Shown one piece after another: positions 17,700 through 26,601 of a DNA stretch of 45,792 bases (positions are counted from its first letter, which is position 1; each line of letters starts with the position of its first letter). Made by a program: the position numbers and the translations under genes. Under the pieces are notes generated by a model. It made no database searches and was not told where the DNA came from. It worked only from the letters and a program-made list of their open reading frames with translations. This DNA comes from an uncultured Collinsella sp. (GTDB lineage Bacteria; Actinomycetota; Coriobacteriia; Coriobacteriales; Coriobacteriaceae). The stretch spans positions 1-45,792 of the forward strand of contig URBB01000001.1 in the NCBI GenBank assembly GCA_900545835.1. The letters are read 5' to 3'.

Positions 17700-17735
17700 A
17701 AAACAAGCGCGGGACCCGGCCAGCGGATCCCGCGC
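17700..17735 (-). terminator. Hairpin with U-tract after nanE and just upstream of rapZ
   Basis: GCGCGGGATCCG-CTGGC-CGGGTCCCGCGC-TTGTTTT on minus strand. Confidence 0.6.
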
Positions 17736-17786
17736 GATCAATTGCCTTTATTGAGTATACCGCCCCAAGCGGATACGAGGCCTGTC

Positions 17787-18473
17787 TTACGCCTCAAGCG
17801 CAGCCTTGAACCAACTTGTAATACTCGTGGGGTGCGTAATGGCAGTGCCTACGACAACTGCCCAGGCGCCCGCATCGATCGCGGCGCGGGCCTCCTCGGG
17901 CGTGTGCACGCGGCCCTCGCAGATGATGGGAAGACCGGGGAATTCCTCGGTCGCCTGACGCAGGAGCGGCAGATCAGGGCCATCGGCCATGGTGCAGTCG
18001 ATGGCGGCGACACCGTGAGAAAGCGTAGTGGATACCAGGTCAAAGCCCATATCAACCGCACGGCGAATGTCCTCGATGGTGGCACAATCCGCCATCAGGA
18101 GCACGCCCTCCTCGTGCAGCGGACGGAAGGTGTCCTCGACGGTCTTGCCATCGGGACGTGGGCGATCAGTGGCATCAATTGCCACGATGTCGGCACCGGC
18201 GGCAACGCAGGCGCGAGCATGACGCAGCGTCGGCGTGATGTAGACGCCCTCGTGCCCATCCTTCCACAGGCCGATAACAGGAACCTCACAGCGACCCTTA
18301 ATGGCGGCAATGTCGGCAAGGCCTTGGCAGCGAATGGCGGCGGCGCCGCCAAGCTCGCAGGCGCGAGACATTTGAGCCATGGTCTCGGGCGTACGAAGCG
18401 GCTCGCCCATATAGGCCTGAACGCTCACGACGAGCTTGCCCTTCAGGGACTGGATCAAAGGATCAACGGTCAT
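17787..18473 (-). CDS. nanE: N-acetylmannosamine-6-phosphate 2-epimerase
   Basis: LVVSVQA, GAAAIR, PVIGLWK, VYITPT, DATDRPRP, EGRVHTP, VVGTAIT. Confidence 0.93.
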   Translation of the reverse strand: MTVDPLIQSLKGKLVVSVQAYMGEPLRTPETMAQMSRACELGGAAAIRCQGLADIAAIKGRCEVPVIGLWKDGHEGVYITPTLRHARACVAAGADIVAIDATDRPRPDGKTVEDTFRPLHEEGVLLMADCATIEDIRRAVDMGFDLVSTTLSHGVAAIDCTMADGPDLPLLRQATEEFPGLPIICEGRVHTPEEARAAIDAGAWAVVVGTAITHPTSITSWFKAALEA

Positions 18474-18498
18474 GTTCGACTCAACCTTTCTCAAAACA

Positions 18499-18596
18499 GC
18501 CTTCTGAGACACCGCACCTTGACGTTCAAACCGTCGCTCGCGTACCGAACTACGCTTCGCTCCTCTTTCACGTCAATCTGCGGCACCTCAGAAGGC
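18499..18596 (-). repeat. Long imperfect hairpin element A between nanK and nanE
   Basis: GCCTTCTGAG/CTCAGAAGGC, GTGCCGCA/TGCGGTGT, TTGACGT/ACGTCAA, GCGTA/TACGC stems (minus strand). Confidence 0.8.
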
Positions 18597-18613
18597 CCAC
18601 TTGGTAGTTATGT

Positions 18614-19579
18614 TTACTTCAACGACGCAAGAAGGTGTTCGGCGGCACCGATGAGCGGAGCATCGCCCTCCAGAGACCCGATGAGAATCGGCGTGTCTTG
18701 AAGCGGATCGAGCGCCTGGCTGGCATAGCCCTCGTGCACCGAATCCTTCCACGTCTGCGAACGCCAATCGGGACCCTGGTGAATCACACCTCCCGAAAGC
18801 ACGATGACCTCGGGATCCAAGATGTTGGCAAGCGAGCCCAAGCTGGCGCCCAGCGCAAAGCCGGCGTCATGAATGACCTCGGTCGCCTTTGCGTCGCCCG
18901 CACGGCACAGGTCGTTCACGTCGCGACCGACCGAAGGACGGCTGGGGTCGACGCGACCAAAGCGCTCATCGTACATACGACCAATGGAAGTGCCGGAAGC
19001 AACCGACTCAAGATGACCGGAACGTCCACAGGCGCAGGGAATGCCAGCGGCAGCCGAGCACTCGATGTGGCCCATATGACCGGCAGCACCATGGAAGCCC
19101 TGCATCACACGGCCGTTCTCGACATATGCGCCGCCGATGCCCGTACCGATGCCCAAGCACAAAACGGAGAACTTGCCTTTGCCGACGCCCCAGTGGGCCT
19201 CGCCCAGAGCATGAGCCTGCACGTCGCCCACCACGGCAACGGGGAGACCAAGGTCCTCGCGCAGACGCGGCCCCAACTGAACGCCGGACCAGCCGGGCAT
19301 GATCTCGTTGGCATACGCGATGGCGCCCGTCTTGGGATCGACGACGCCTGCGGCACCGATACCGACACCGAGAACCTCGACATCGGGATTCGCCTCAAGA
19401 GCGGCCTTGATGGACGCCTCGATACGCTGGAAGACGGCCTCGCCGCCCTCCTGGGCCTCAGTAGGAACCTCGGCCTCAAATACGGGATGGGGCACGCTGC
19501 CGTCAGCCGGGTACTCCATAATGGCGGTCGCGATCTTAGTTCCGCCGATGTCGACAGAGCAGACGTACTTGTTCTCCAT
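18614..19579 (-). CDS. nanK: ROK-family sugar kinase, probable N-acetylmannosamine kinase
   Basis: VDIGGTKI, GIGTGIGG, GHMGH, CACGRSGHLESVASG; between nanA and nanE. Confidence 0.85.
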   Translation of the reverse strand: MENKYVCSVDIGGTKIATAIMEYPADGSVPHPVFEAEVPTEAQEGGEAVFQRIEASIKAALEANPDVEVLGVGIGAAGVVDPKTGAIAYANEIMPGWSGVQLGPRLREDLGLPVAVVGDVQAHALGEAHWGVGKGKFSVLCLGIGTGIGGAYVENGRVMQGFHGAAGHMGHIECSAAAGIPCACGRSGHLESVASGTSIGRMYDERFGRVDPSRPSVGRDVNDLCRAGDAKATEVIHDAGFALGASLGSLANILDPEVIVLSGGVIHQGPDWRSQTWKDSVHEGYASQALDPLQDTPILIGSLEGDAPLIGAAEHLLASLK

Positions 19580-19650
19580 GTCGTTCTCCTTAGGAGATAA
19601 AAACAACTACAGGAAATGAAGGCGGTGTTATCGCCGCAGCATGATAAAGG

Positions 19651-19746
19651 TTTCCCAGGTGCCCGAGGTTGGGGTGAAAGTGGTCGGGCGTTGACCTAAT
19701 GGGTCACGCCCGACCACTTGAGCCCCAAGATCGGGTGCCTGGGGAA
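19651..19746 (+). repeat. Long imperfect hairpin element B between nanA and nanK, inverted homolog of element A
   Basis: TTTCCCAGG/CCTGGGGAA, CCCGA/TCGGG, TTGGGG/CCCCAA, AAGTGGTCGGGCG/CGCCCGACCACTT stems. Confidence 0.8.
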
Positions 19747-19749
19747 GCT

Positions 19750-20670
19750 TTACAGGAGACCGTTGTCCTGGAGGACCTTCTTAATCGCCTCGACATTCTC
19801 GCCGGTCATGGCCTTCACCGGGCGCGGCATGGTCGGGCTGTCGAAGATGCCCATGAGGTTCATAGCGGTCTTGAAGGCGCCGACGCCACCGGCATAACCC
19901 TGGACGCCCGAGGTGACATCCCAGATGTGCGAAATCTCATTGAGGCGATCCTGCTCGGCCTTGACGGTAGCCCAGTCACCAGCCTGAGCGGCCTTCCACT
20001 GACGCACGTAGCCCTCGGGCTCAACGTTGGCGAGACCCGGAACGGAACCGTCGGCGCCACCGAGGTAGGCGCCGTCGACAACAACCTCGTGACCGGTGAG
20101 GATGCTCATCGGATGGCCGTTCTTCTCGTTCTCCTGAACGAGGTAGCGGAACGAGATGTCATCACCCGAGGAATCCTTGACGCCGGCCAGAACGCCCTCG
20201 GCACCGAGCTTGGCAAGGAGCTTCCACGGGAGCTTGGTGTGGACACACACGGGGATGTCATAGGCGAAGATGGGCAGGTCGAGTTCCTCATGCAGGATGC
20301 GGAAGTGCTCCTCGACCTCGGTCATGCCCTGCAGGGCATAGAACGGGCAGGTGGCGACAAGCGCATCGGCGCCCAGCTCCTGAGCGACCTTACCGTGCTC
20401 GATCATGCGCTCGGTCTCGGTGTCGATGATGCCGACCAGAACGGGAACGCGGTGGTCGACGATACGGACGGCCTCGGAGATGATCTGACGGCGACGCTCG
20501 TCGGTGGAGAAGACGACCTCGCCCGAGGAGCCCAGGAAGAACAAGCCATCGACGCCGGCATCGATCATGCGGTTGATGCTGCGCTCAAAGGAGGCAACAT
20601 CGAGCTGGTGGTCTTCGGTATCGGGAACAACGACGGGAGGGATAACGCCGGTGAATTTCTGAGTTGCCAC
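19750..20670 (-). CDS. nanA: DapA-family aldolase, probable N-acetylneuraminate lyase
   Basis: GVDGLFFLGSSGE, FAYDIP (Tyr), GVKDSSGD (Schiff-base Lys); GTG start behind AAGGAG; adjacent to nanK and nanE. Confidence 0.85.
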   Translation of the reverse strand: MATQKFTGVIPPVVVPDTEDHQLDVASFERSINRMIDAGVDGLFFLGSSGEVVFSTDERRRQIISEAVRIVDHRVPVLVGIIDTETERMIEHGKVAQELGADALVATCPFYALQGMTEVEEHFRILHEELDLPIFAYDIPVCVHTKLPWKLLAKLGAEGVLAGVKDSSGDDISFRYLVQENEKNGHPMSILTGHEVVVDGAYLGGADGSVPGLANVEPEGYVRQWKAAQAGDWATVKAEQDRLNEISHIWDVTSGVQGYAGGVGAFKTAMNLMGIFDSPTMPRPVKAMTGENVEAIKKVLQDNGLL

Positions 20671-20738
20671 AAGAATCTCCTTAGTTGTCTGGTGGGCAGC
20701 CCTATGCCGCCCACTCTTGTTGGCAGTGTCCAGGCCGT

Positions 20739-21590
20739 CTAGGCCAAAGAACACGAGTAGAACGTTTGGTTAAAAAAGTCGACGACTTCGTTTTCGAACG
20801 CATTGATGCGCTCGTGAGCGTATTTGGCATAGATGATATGTCTCCGGTCACACTCAAGACCGTTGAATACGGCAAACTGATCCTTGGGATCGCTCACGGT
20901 ATCCATGAGCGATGTGCCCATGAGCACCGATCCGCGCACCCGAGACGACAGCGCCTCGAGGCCGCCAGGAAGCGGATTGGCAACCGCCGTGCAGGCGAGA
21001 CCCCGCTCGTCCAGAGCAGAAACCGCCAGCGCGACTCCGCCGCCTAGACCCTCGCCCCATGCAAAGATGCGGTCGGGGTCCATGCCATCAAGATTGCGCG
21101 CCACCTTCGCCAGCGCGCAACCCCAACGGACGCGCTCGACAAAAGCGGGCGAAGAAATCCCCCGCTGCAGGTCGTCCGCACCAGCAACATCGTCATCCAG
21201 CGCGAGGACGGCATACCCCATGGCGGCAAATCTCGTCATGTGATGCCAGCCGCGCACAGGCCGATCGATATCGTGGAACATCAGGCACAGCGGCACGCGC
21301 TCAGACACTCGGGCACGACCGACAGGCTCGATCAAACGAGCGTGAATTGCATCGTCACCGAGCTCAAAGGAGACCTCCGAGTAACGGGCGCAGGGGTTAA
21401 CAAAGTCAATCGCCGTAATGGCCAGGCCTTGAATCTCAAGATTCGAAGCGCATGTCTCTAAATCAGAAACATCTGCTTGGACATCACCGCGCCAGTCCCG
21501 ATATTCTGCGAGCCTTGACGAAACCGTTCCAGGAATTCCCACGAGCCCGGGGACAATCAGCTCATTAACATTGCTCTCGCACTTAGACAT
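20739..21590 (-). CDS. Degenerate acetylxylan-esterase (CE7)-like alpha/beta hydrolase lacking the nucleophile Ser
   Basis: Paralog of 21583-22560 (IHARLIEP...PLCLMFH, VLMGT..D, QFAVFNGL, HE) but nucleophile elbow reads GEGLGGG. Confidence 0.7.
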   Translation of the reverse strand: MSKCESNVNELIVPGLVGIPGTVSSRLAEYRDWRGDVQADVSDLETCASNLEIQGLAITAIDFVNPCARYSEVSFELGDDAIHARLIEPVGRARVSERVPLCLMFHDIDRPVRGWHHMTRFAAMGYAVLALDDDVAGADDLQRGISSPAFVERVRWGCALAKVARNLDGMDPDRIFAWGEGLGGGVALAVSALDERGLACTAVANPLPGGLEALSSRVRGSVLMGTSLMDTVSDPKDQFAVFNGLECDRRHIIYAKYAHERINAFENEVVDFFNQTFYSCSLA

Positions 21591-22560
21591 GAGCCTCCCC
21601 TCCCTTGCAGAAAAACGGAATGATCAAATCGTCAAAATCCTGAATCTCCTCGTGGCCAAAGCCTTCAAAGAACTCATGACGCTTTTCGCAGGTCAGGTTG
21701 TTATAGACCGCAAACTGCGTCGCTGGCGGGCAGACGATATCGGCTGTGCCGGTGCCAAACAGCACGGGGCATTTGACCATAGGGGCAAAGTTCTTGGAAT
21801 CGAAGTACGCCAGCTTGGCATAGGCTTCGTCAATACGAGTCGAGTCCTCGTCAAACCAGCGAGACCAATAGCGCAGGCCCTCGTAGGCAATGTCGTCTGC
21901 ATCCAAATCCCAGACTAGGCGGAAATCTGACAGGAAGGGATAGAGGATGGCGGCACGATTGATAAGCTCGCTGTTAAGCGCACAGGTCGCAATGCCCAAA
22001 CCACCACCCTGCGACGCGCCGTTCACAAACACACGGGAAAGATCGATGCCCTCGAGCTCGCGAACAATACGGCACAGGATGCGAATATCTTGGTGCAAGC
22101 GGACATAGTAGAGGTTGGCCGGGTCGCCGTCGATGCCGGCGACGATATGCCCGGCAACCGTTGTGCCCTCAAATCCACCAATGTCCTCGGAGGGACCTCC
22201 TTGGCCGGGGCAGTCGAGGGCGATGAGCGCCATGCCCATGCCCGCAAACGACGCCTGCTCAAACCAGCTGCGGCTTGCACCCGGATACCCATGGAACTGA
22301 AGCACCAATGGCACGGGCTCGTCCGAGACGGGTTTAAGGTACTTGGCATGCAGGCGAGCGCCACACATGCCGGTATACCAGAGGTCGAAAAGTTGGCAGA
22401 TCGCGGCATCGGTGACCGATGCCGTGTCGATCGCATAGTCAAGCCCGACGGCGTCGGCCTCGGCCATGCGATCCTTCCAAAAGAGATCGAAATCTGATGG
22501 ACGGGGCATGGCGCCTCGATATTCACCAAATTGATGTTGTAGCTCCTGAGCACTTGGCAT
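21583..22560 (-). CDS. Acetylxylan esterase / cephalosporin deacetylase (CE7) family
   Basis: PSDFDLFW, LHAKYLKP, FHGY, PGQ, GASQGGG, DIVCPPATQFAVYN, GHE catalytic triad motifs. Confidence 0.88.
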   Translation of the reverse strand: MPSAQELQHQFGEYRGAMPRPSDFDLFWKDRMAEADAVGLDYAIDTASVTDAAICQLFDLWYTGMCGARLHAKYLKPVSDEPVPLVLQFHGYPGASRSWFEQASFAGMGMALIALDCPGQGGPSEDIGGFEGTTVAGHIVAGIDGDPANLYYVRLHQDIRILCRIVRELEGIDLSRVFVNGASQGGGLGIATCALNSELINRAAILYPFLSDFRLVWDLDADDIAYEGLRYWSRWFDEDSTRIDEAYAKLAYFDSKNFAPMVKCPVLFGTGTADIVCPPATQFAVYNNLTCEKRHEFFEGFGHEEIQDFDDLIIPFFCKGGEAHV

Positions 22561-22596
22561 GGCTCGTGAACCCAACCTTTCGAAATCGCAACGGAG

Positions 22597-22624
22597 GTGC
22601 GCCCGGCAAGGGAACCGGGCGCAC
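22597..22624 (-). other. Intergenic hairpin between nanF and the esterase gene
   Basis: GTGCGCCCGG...CCGGGCGCAC 10-bp perfect inverted repeat, no U-tract. Confidence 0.5.
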
Positions 22625-22640
22625 GGGAGGGAAAGCGAGG

Positions 22641-23468
22641 CTATTCGCCGAGCTTGGGGTGCAGCAGCGACGGCGCAGCGCCGAGCAGCATCTTGGTGTA
22701 GGGGTCCTGGGGATGCTGGAAGACCTGCTTGGCCTCGCCCTGCTCGACGATCTTGCCGCCATTCATAACGATGATGTCGTCAGAGATATAGCGGACCGTC
22801 TGGATGTCATGGCTGATGAACACCATGGCCAGGCCGAGCTCCTTCTTAAGGTCGGTCAGCAGGTTCAGAATCTGCGCGCGGACCGAAACGTCCAGAGCCG
22901 AGGTGGGCTCGTCGGCGATGATGGCATCGGGGTTCAGCGACAGGGCACGGGCAATTGCGACGCGCTGGCGCTGGCCGCCCGAAAGCTGACCGGGAAGAAC
23001 CTCGGCGGCGGAGCTGGGCAGACCGGTGAGCTCCAGGAGCTCTTTGACGCGCTTCTCCTGCTCGGCCTCGGTACCCAGGTTGTGGACGCGCATGGGGTCG
23101 AGCAGTTGCTCGCGAACGACCATGCGGGGGTTGAGCGCCGTGGCCGGGTTCTGGAACACGACCGAGATGACGCGACCCATGTGGCGACGGTCCTCGGCGG
23201 TACGTTTGGTAACGTCCTTGCCCTTAAAGTAGACCTTGCCGCTCGTGGGGGCCTGCAGGCCGCACATGACGTTGGCGGTGGTGGACTTACCGCAACCGGA
23301 CTCGCCGACGATGCCGATCGTCTGACCGGGCATGAGCTTAATCGTTACACCCTGGACGGCGTGAACCAGGTTGGGGTGCAGAATCGAGCCGGTACGGGTC
23401 CTAAAGGTGACGTGGACGTCATCAAGGAAGATGATCGGCTCGACGCCGTTGACTGCGGTCTCGCTCAT
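22641..23468 (-). CDS. Peptide-type ABC transporter ATP-binding protein of the sialic-acid transporter (NanF/SiaI-like)
   Basis: GESGCGKST, LSGGQRQR, ADEPTSALDVSVRAQ. Confidence 0.88.
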   Translation of the reverse strand: MSETAVNGVEPIIFLDDVHVTFRTRTGSILHPNLVHAVQGVTIKLMPGQTIGIVGESGCGKSTTANVMCGLQAPTSGKVYFKGKDVTKRTAEDRRHMGRVISVVFQNPATALNPRMVVREQLLDPMRVHNLGTEAEQEKRVKELLELTGLPSSAAEVLPGQLSGGQRQRVAIARALSLNPDAIIADEPTSALDVSVRAQILNLLTDLKKELGLAMVFISHDIQTVRYISDDIIVMNGGKIVEQGEAKQVFQHPQDPYTKMLLGAAPSLLHPKLGE

Positions 23469-25484
23469 CTACATCACCTCCGCGTGAGGGGTCAAACCAT
23501 TTGCCTTGAGCACCTCGTCGGGGAGCTCGGAATAGAAGTGCTCGGTGCCGGGCACGCGCTTGAAGACCGGACGGGTGTCCAGGCCAATACGCGGATGGCT
23601 CGAGCGGGGCGCGAAGCGATCGCCCTTGGGGAAATCGCGCGGACTCGGAACGGCGCCGGGCACCTGGTGCAGGCGGCCCGAACCGCTCTCGATGGACAGA
23701 ACGGAACCCAGAAGACCGCGGGTGTACTCGTGGATCGGGTTAGTGAGCAGCTCCTTGGTGGGTGCCTGCTCGATAACCTGGCCAGCGTACATAACCGTGA
23801 TGTTGTGGGCGACCTCGGCGACCAGCGCCAGGTCGTGCGAAACGAAGATCATGGCAAAGCCGAGCTTGGCCTGAAGATCGTTGAGCAGCTTGATGACCTG
23901 CTTCTGGACGGTAACGTCCAGAGCGGTCGTGGGTTCGTCGCAGATGACCAGCTTGGGGTCGCGGGTAAGGGCCATAGCGATCAGGACACGCTGACGCTGG
24001 CCGCCGGAAAGCTCGTGCGGATAGCTCTCGAGCGTGCGCTTGGGATCGAGGCCGACGAGCTCCAGGAGCTCCTCGGCGCTGCGGGTTCCGCCGCGCTTGG
24101 TGAGCTGCTTCATCTGGGCAGAGATGAGCATGGAGGGGTTGAGCGAGGACAGGGCGTCCTGATAGACCATAGCGATATCGGTACCGCGCAGGCCGAACCA
24201 CTCCTTCTTGCTCATCTTGAGCAGGTCACGGCCCTCCCAGAGGACCTCGCCGGAAAGGTGCTCGTCATCGTCGGTCAGGCCCATGATGGCCAGCGTGGTG
24301 ATGGACTTACCGCAACCGGACTCGCCCACCAGGCCCATGGTCTGACCAGGACGGACGTCAAAGTTGACATGGTCGACGACGTTGATATCACCGTGATGCT
24401 CAAACTGGATGCAGAAATCGCGGACCGAGAGAATCGGTTCAACAGACTCGTCGGGCACATGGCGATCGTCACGCTTGAGCTCGACATCGCGCAGGGCGCC
24501 AAGGCGAGCGGAGAGGGACTGGGCCTGCTCCTTGTAGGCTCGAACGGGGTCGGAGACCAGCAGGTCGGCCTCGCGACGCTTGGAGGAATCGGTGGGATCC
24601 AGGGCGGCGGAGGGAGCAGCGGCCATGGCGTCGGTAATGCCCTCGGAGAGGATGTTGAGCGCCAGGCAGGTGATCATGATGGCCAGGCCCGGGAACAGTG
24701 CCTGCCACCAACGGCCGGCGAGCACGCCGCCGCGGGCGTCGGCGAGGATGTTGCCCCAGGTAGCGGTGGGCTCCTGGATACCAGCGCCGATGAAGGTCAG
24801 CGAGGCCTCGAAGATGATGGCGTCGGCGACCAGGGTAACGGTGAAGACCATGATCGGGGCGATGCAGTTACGCAGAACATGCTTGATCAAAATCCACGGA
24901 GCCTTGGCGCCGGAAACGATGACCGCGCGGACATAGTCCTCGCCGTACTCGGACACGATGTTGGCGCGCACGATACGGGCAATCTGCGGAGTGTACATAA
25001 AGCCGATGGCGAAGATGATCGACGGCACGGAGTTGCCCAGGATGGAGACAAAGACGGCCGCGAGGGCGATGCCCGGGATGGACATGATGATGTCCAGGAT
25101 ACGCATGATCGTCTCGGAGACGGCCTTGCGCGAAACCGCTGCAAGGGCGCCCACGACCGAGCCGCAGACCAGAGCCATGGCGGTGGCGCCAAAGCCGATA
25201 ATCAGCGAGTAACGACCACCGTAGAGCATACGCGACAGAATGTCGCGACCCTTATCGTCGGTACCGAAGATAAATCCGTTGCCGGGAGCCTGGCGAGCCG
25301 TAAAGATCTCGACCGGGCTATAGGGGGCAAGAAGGGGCGCCAGAATCGCAGTCAGGGCGACCAGCACCAGCACGACGGCGGCAATCTTAGAAGACAACGT
25401 CATCTTCTTCCAGCCACCGAGCTTGAGCCCCTTGGAGGCAGCCTTCTCGAGCTGCTCGGTTTGCTTCTCTCGAATCTTTACCAT
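23469..25484 (-). CDS. Fused ABC permease + ATP-binding protein (NanD/SiaG-like)
   Basis: N-terminal OppC-like FGTDDKGRD TM domain; C-terminal GESGCGKS, LSGGQRQR, CDEPTTALD. Confidence 0.88.
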   Translation of the reverse strand: MVKIREKQTEQLEKAASKGLKLGGWKKMTLSSKIAAVVLVLVALTAILAPLLAPYSPVEIFTARQAPGNGFIFGTDDKGRDILSRMLYGGRYSLIIGFGATAMALVCGSVVGALAAVSRKAVSETIMRILDIIMSIPGIALAAVFVSILGNSVPSIIFAIGFMYTPQIARIVRANIVSEYGEDYVRAVIVSGAKAPWILIKHVLRNCIAPIMVFTVTLVADAIIFEASLTFIGAGIQEPTATWGNILADARGGVLAGRWWQALFPGLAIMITCLALNILSEGITDAMAAAPSAALDPTDSSKRREADLLVSDPVRAYKEQAQSLSARLGALRDVELKRDDRHVPDESVEPILSVRDFCIQFEHHGDINVVDHVNFDVRPGQTMGLVGESGCGKSITTLAIMGLTDDDEHLSGEVLWEGRDLLKMSKKEWFGLRGTDIAMVYQDALSSLNPSMLISAQMKQLTKRGGTRSAEELLELVGLDPKRTLESYPHELSGGQRQRVLIAMALTRDPKLVICDEPTTALDVTVQKQVIKLLNDLQAKLGFAMIFVSHDLALVAEVAHNITVMYAGQVIEQAPTKELLTNPIHEYTRGLLGSVLSIESGSGRLHQVPGAVPSPRDFPKGDRFAPRSSHPRIGLDTRPVFKRVPGTEHFYSELPDEVLKANGLTPHAEVM

Positions 25485-25487
25485 AAT

Positions 25488-26444
25488 CTACACCGTCCTG
25501 ATGCGCGGGTTGATGAGCAGGTAGAGCATGTCAACCACGATGTTGATGATGATGAAGGCGAGAGCAACGACGATAACGACGCCCTGAACCAGGTTCGCCT
25601 CGTTGCCCTGAACGCCCTGCAGAATCGCAGTGCCCATGCCGGGGAGGTTGAAGATAACCTCGATGACGACGGCGCCGCCCATGAGGTAACCGATCTTAAG
25701 ACCGAGGGTGGTGACCGGGGTGATCAGCGCATTGCGAAGAACGTTGATGCCGACGACGACCTTCTCGGGAACGCCGGCGCCGCGAGCCATACGGACATAA
25801 TCCTTGTCGAGCTCCTCGACCATGGCGGTACGCACGATACGAGTCATCTGGCCCGTCAGCGGAAATGCCAAGGCGATAGCGGGCATGATCATACGTCCCA
25901 GATAGCCAACCGGATTCGTGGTGAAGTGAGGCAGAGCACCCGATGCCGGGAGCACCTTAAGGTAGGAAGAGAACAGCAGGATCAACAGAACGGCAAGCCA
26001 GAACGACGGGGTTGCCAAGCCGGCGATGGAAAAGACGCGGATCACTTGGTCCGGCCATTTGTCGCGATACAGTGCCGCGATGACGCCGAGCAAAAACGAA
26101 ACGACCGCACCGATGGCAAGACCGATAAAGGTCAGCTGCATCGTGACGGGCAGGGCCGTGGAGATGCGCTTGGCAACGGAGTTGCGAGCAGCACCATAGG
26201 TGCCCATGTCGCCATGGATCAAATCGCCCATATAGCGCACGTAGCGCACGGGCCAGGGGTCGTCCAGACCATACTTCTCATGGTACTCGGCAACCGCCTC
26301 GGGCGAGGCACCGTCACCCAACGCCGTGTAGGCGGGGTCGGTCTTGGAGAACGACATAAGGAAGAACACCAGGACGGTGACGCCCAATGCCATGATCGGC
26401 AGCGCCACAAGACGCCTTCCAATCAAACGTAGCAAGTTGTTCAC
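25488..26444 (-). CDS. ABC permease, OppB-like (NanC/SiaF-like)
   Basis: YGLDDP, PSFWLA, DYVRMARGAG, EVIFNLPGMG, INPRIR; GTG start behind AGGGGAG. Confidence 0.88.
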   Translation of the reverse strand: MNNLLRLIGRRLVALPIMALGVTVLVFFLMSFSKTDPAYTALGDGASPEAVAEYHEKYGLDDPWPVRYVRYMGDLIHGDMGTYGAARNSVAKRISTALPVTMQLTFIGLAIGAVVSFLLGVIAALYRDKWPDQVIRVFSIAGLATPSFWLAVLLILLFSSYLKVLPASGALPHFTTNPVGYLGRMIMPAIALAFPLTGQMTRIVRTAMVEELDKDYVRMARGAGVPEKVVVGINVLRNALITPVTTLGLKIGYLMGGAVVIEVIFNLPGMGTAILQGVQGNEANLVQGVVIVVALAFIIINIVVDMLYLLINPRIRTV

Positions 26445-26505
26445 GTTCTCTCCCCTTTCTTTTGTCGGTAGGACCAACTGGTATATGAGTACGGGTACTC
26501 ATTAC

Positions 26506-26539
26506 AAGACCCGAGCGACATCGTTGCCGCCCGGGTCTT
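26506..26539 (-). other. Hairpin after the binding-protein gene (stabiliser or partial terminator)
   Basis: AAGACCCG...CGGGTCTT arms. Confidence 0.5.
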
Positions 26540-26601
26540 TGTTTCAACTATGAGGATACGGCCCCAATGACCGACATCCTGCATACAGACTCAAGCGAGT
26601 C

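Noticed and set aside
22419..26432. 1337-aa plus-strand ORF and other long antisense ORFs (8601-10268, 10921-12654, 26728-28233, 32849-34957, 42863-44359)
   Set aside because: Shadow frames opposite well-conserved genes with strong GC3 bias; no recognisable motifs or RBS.
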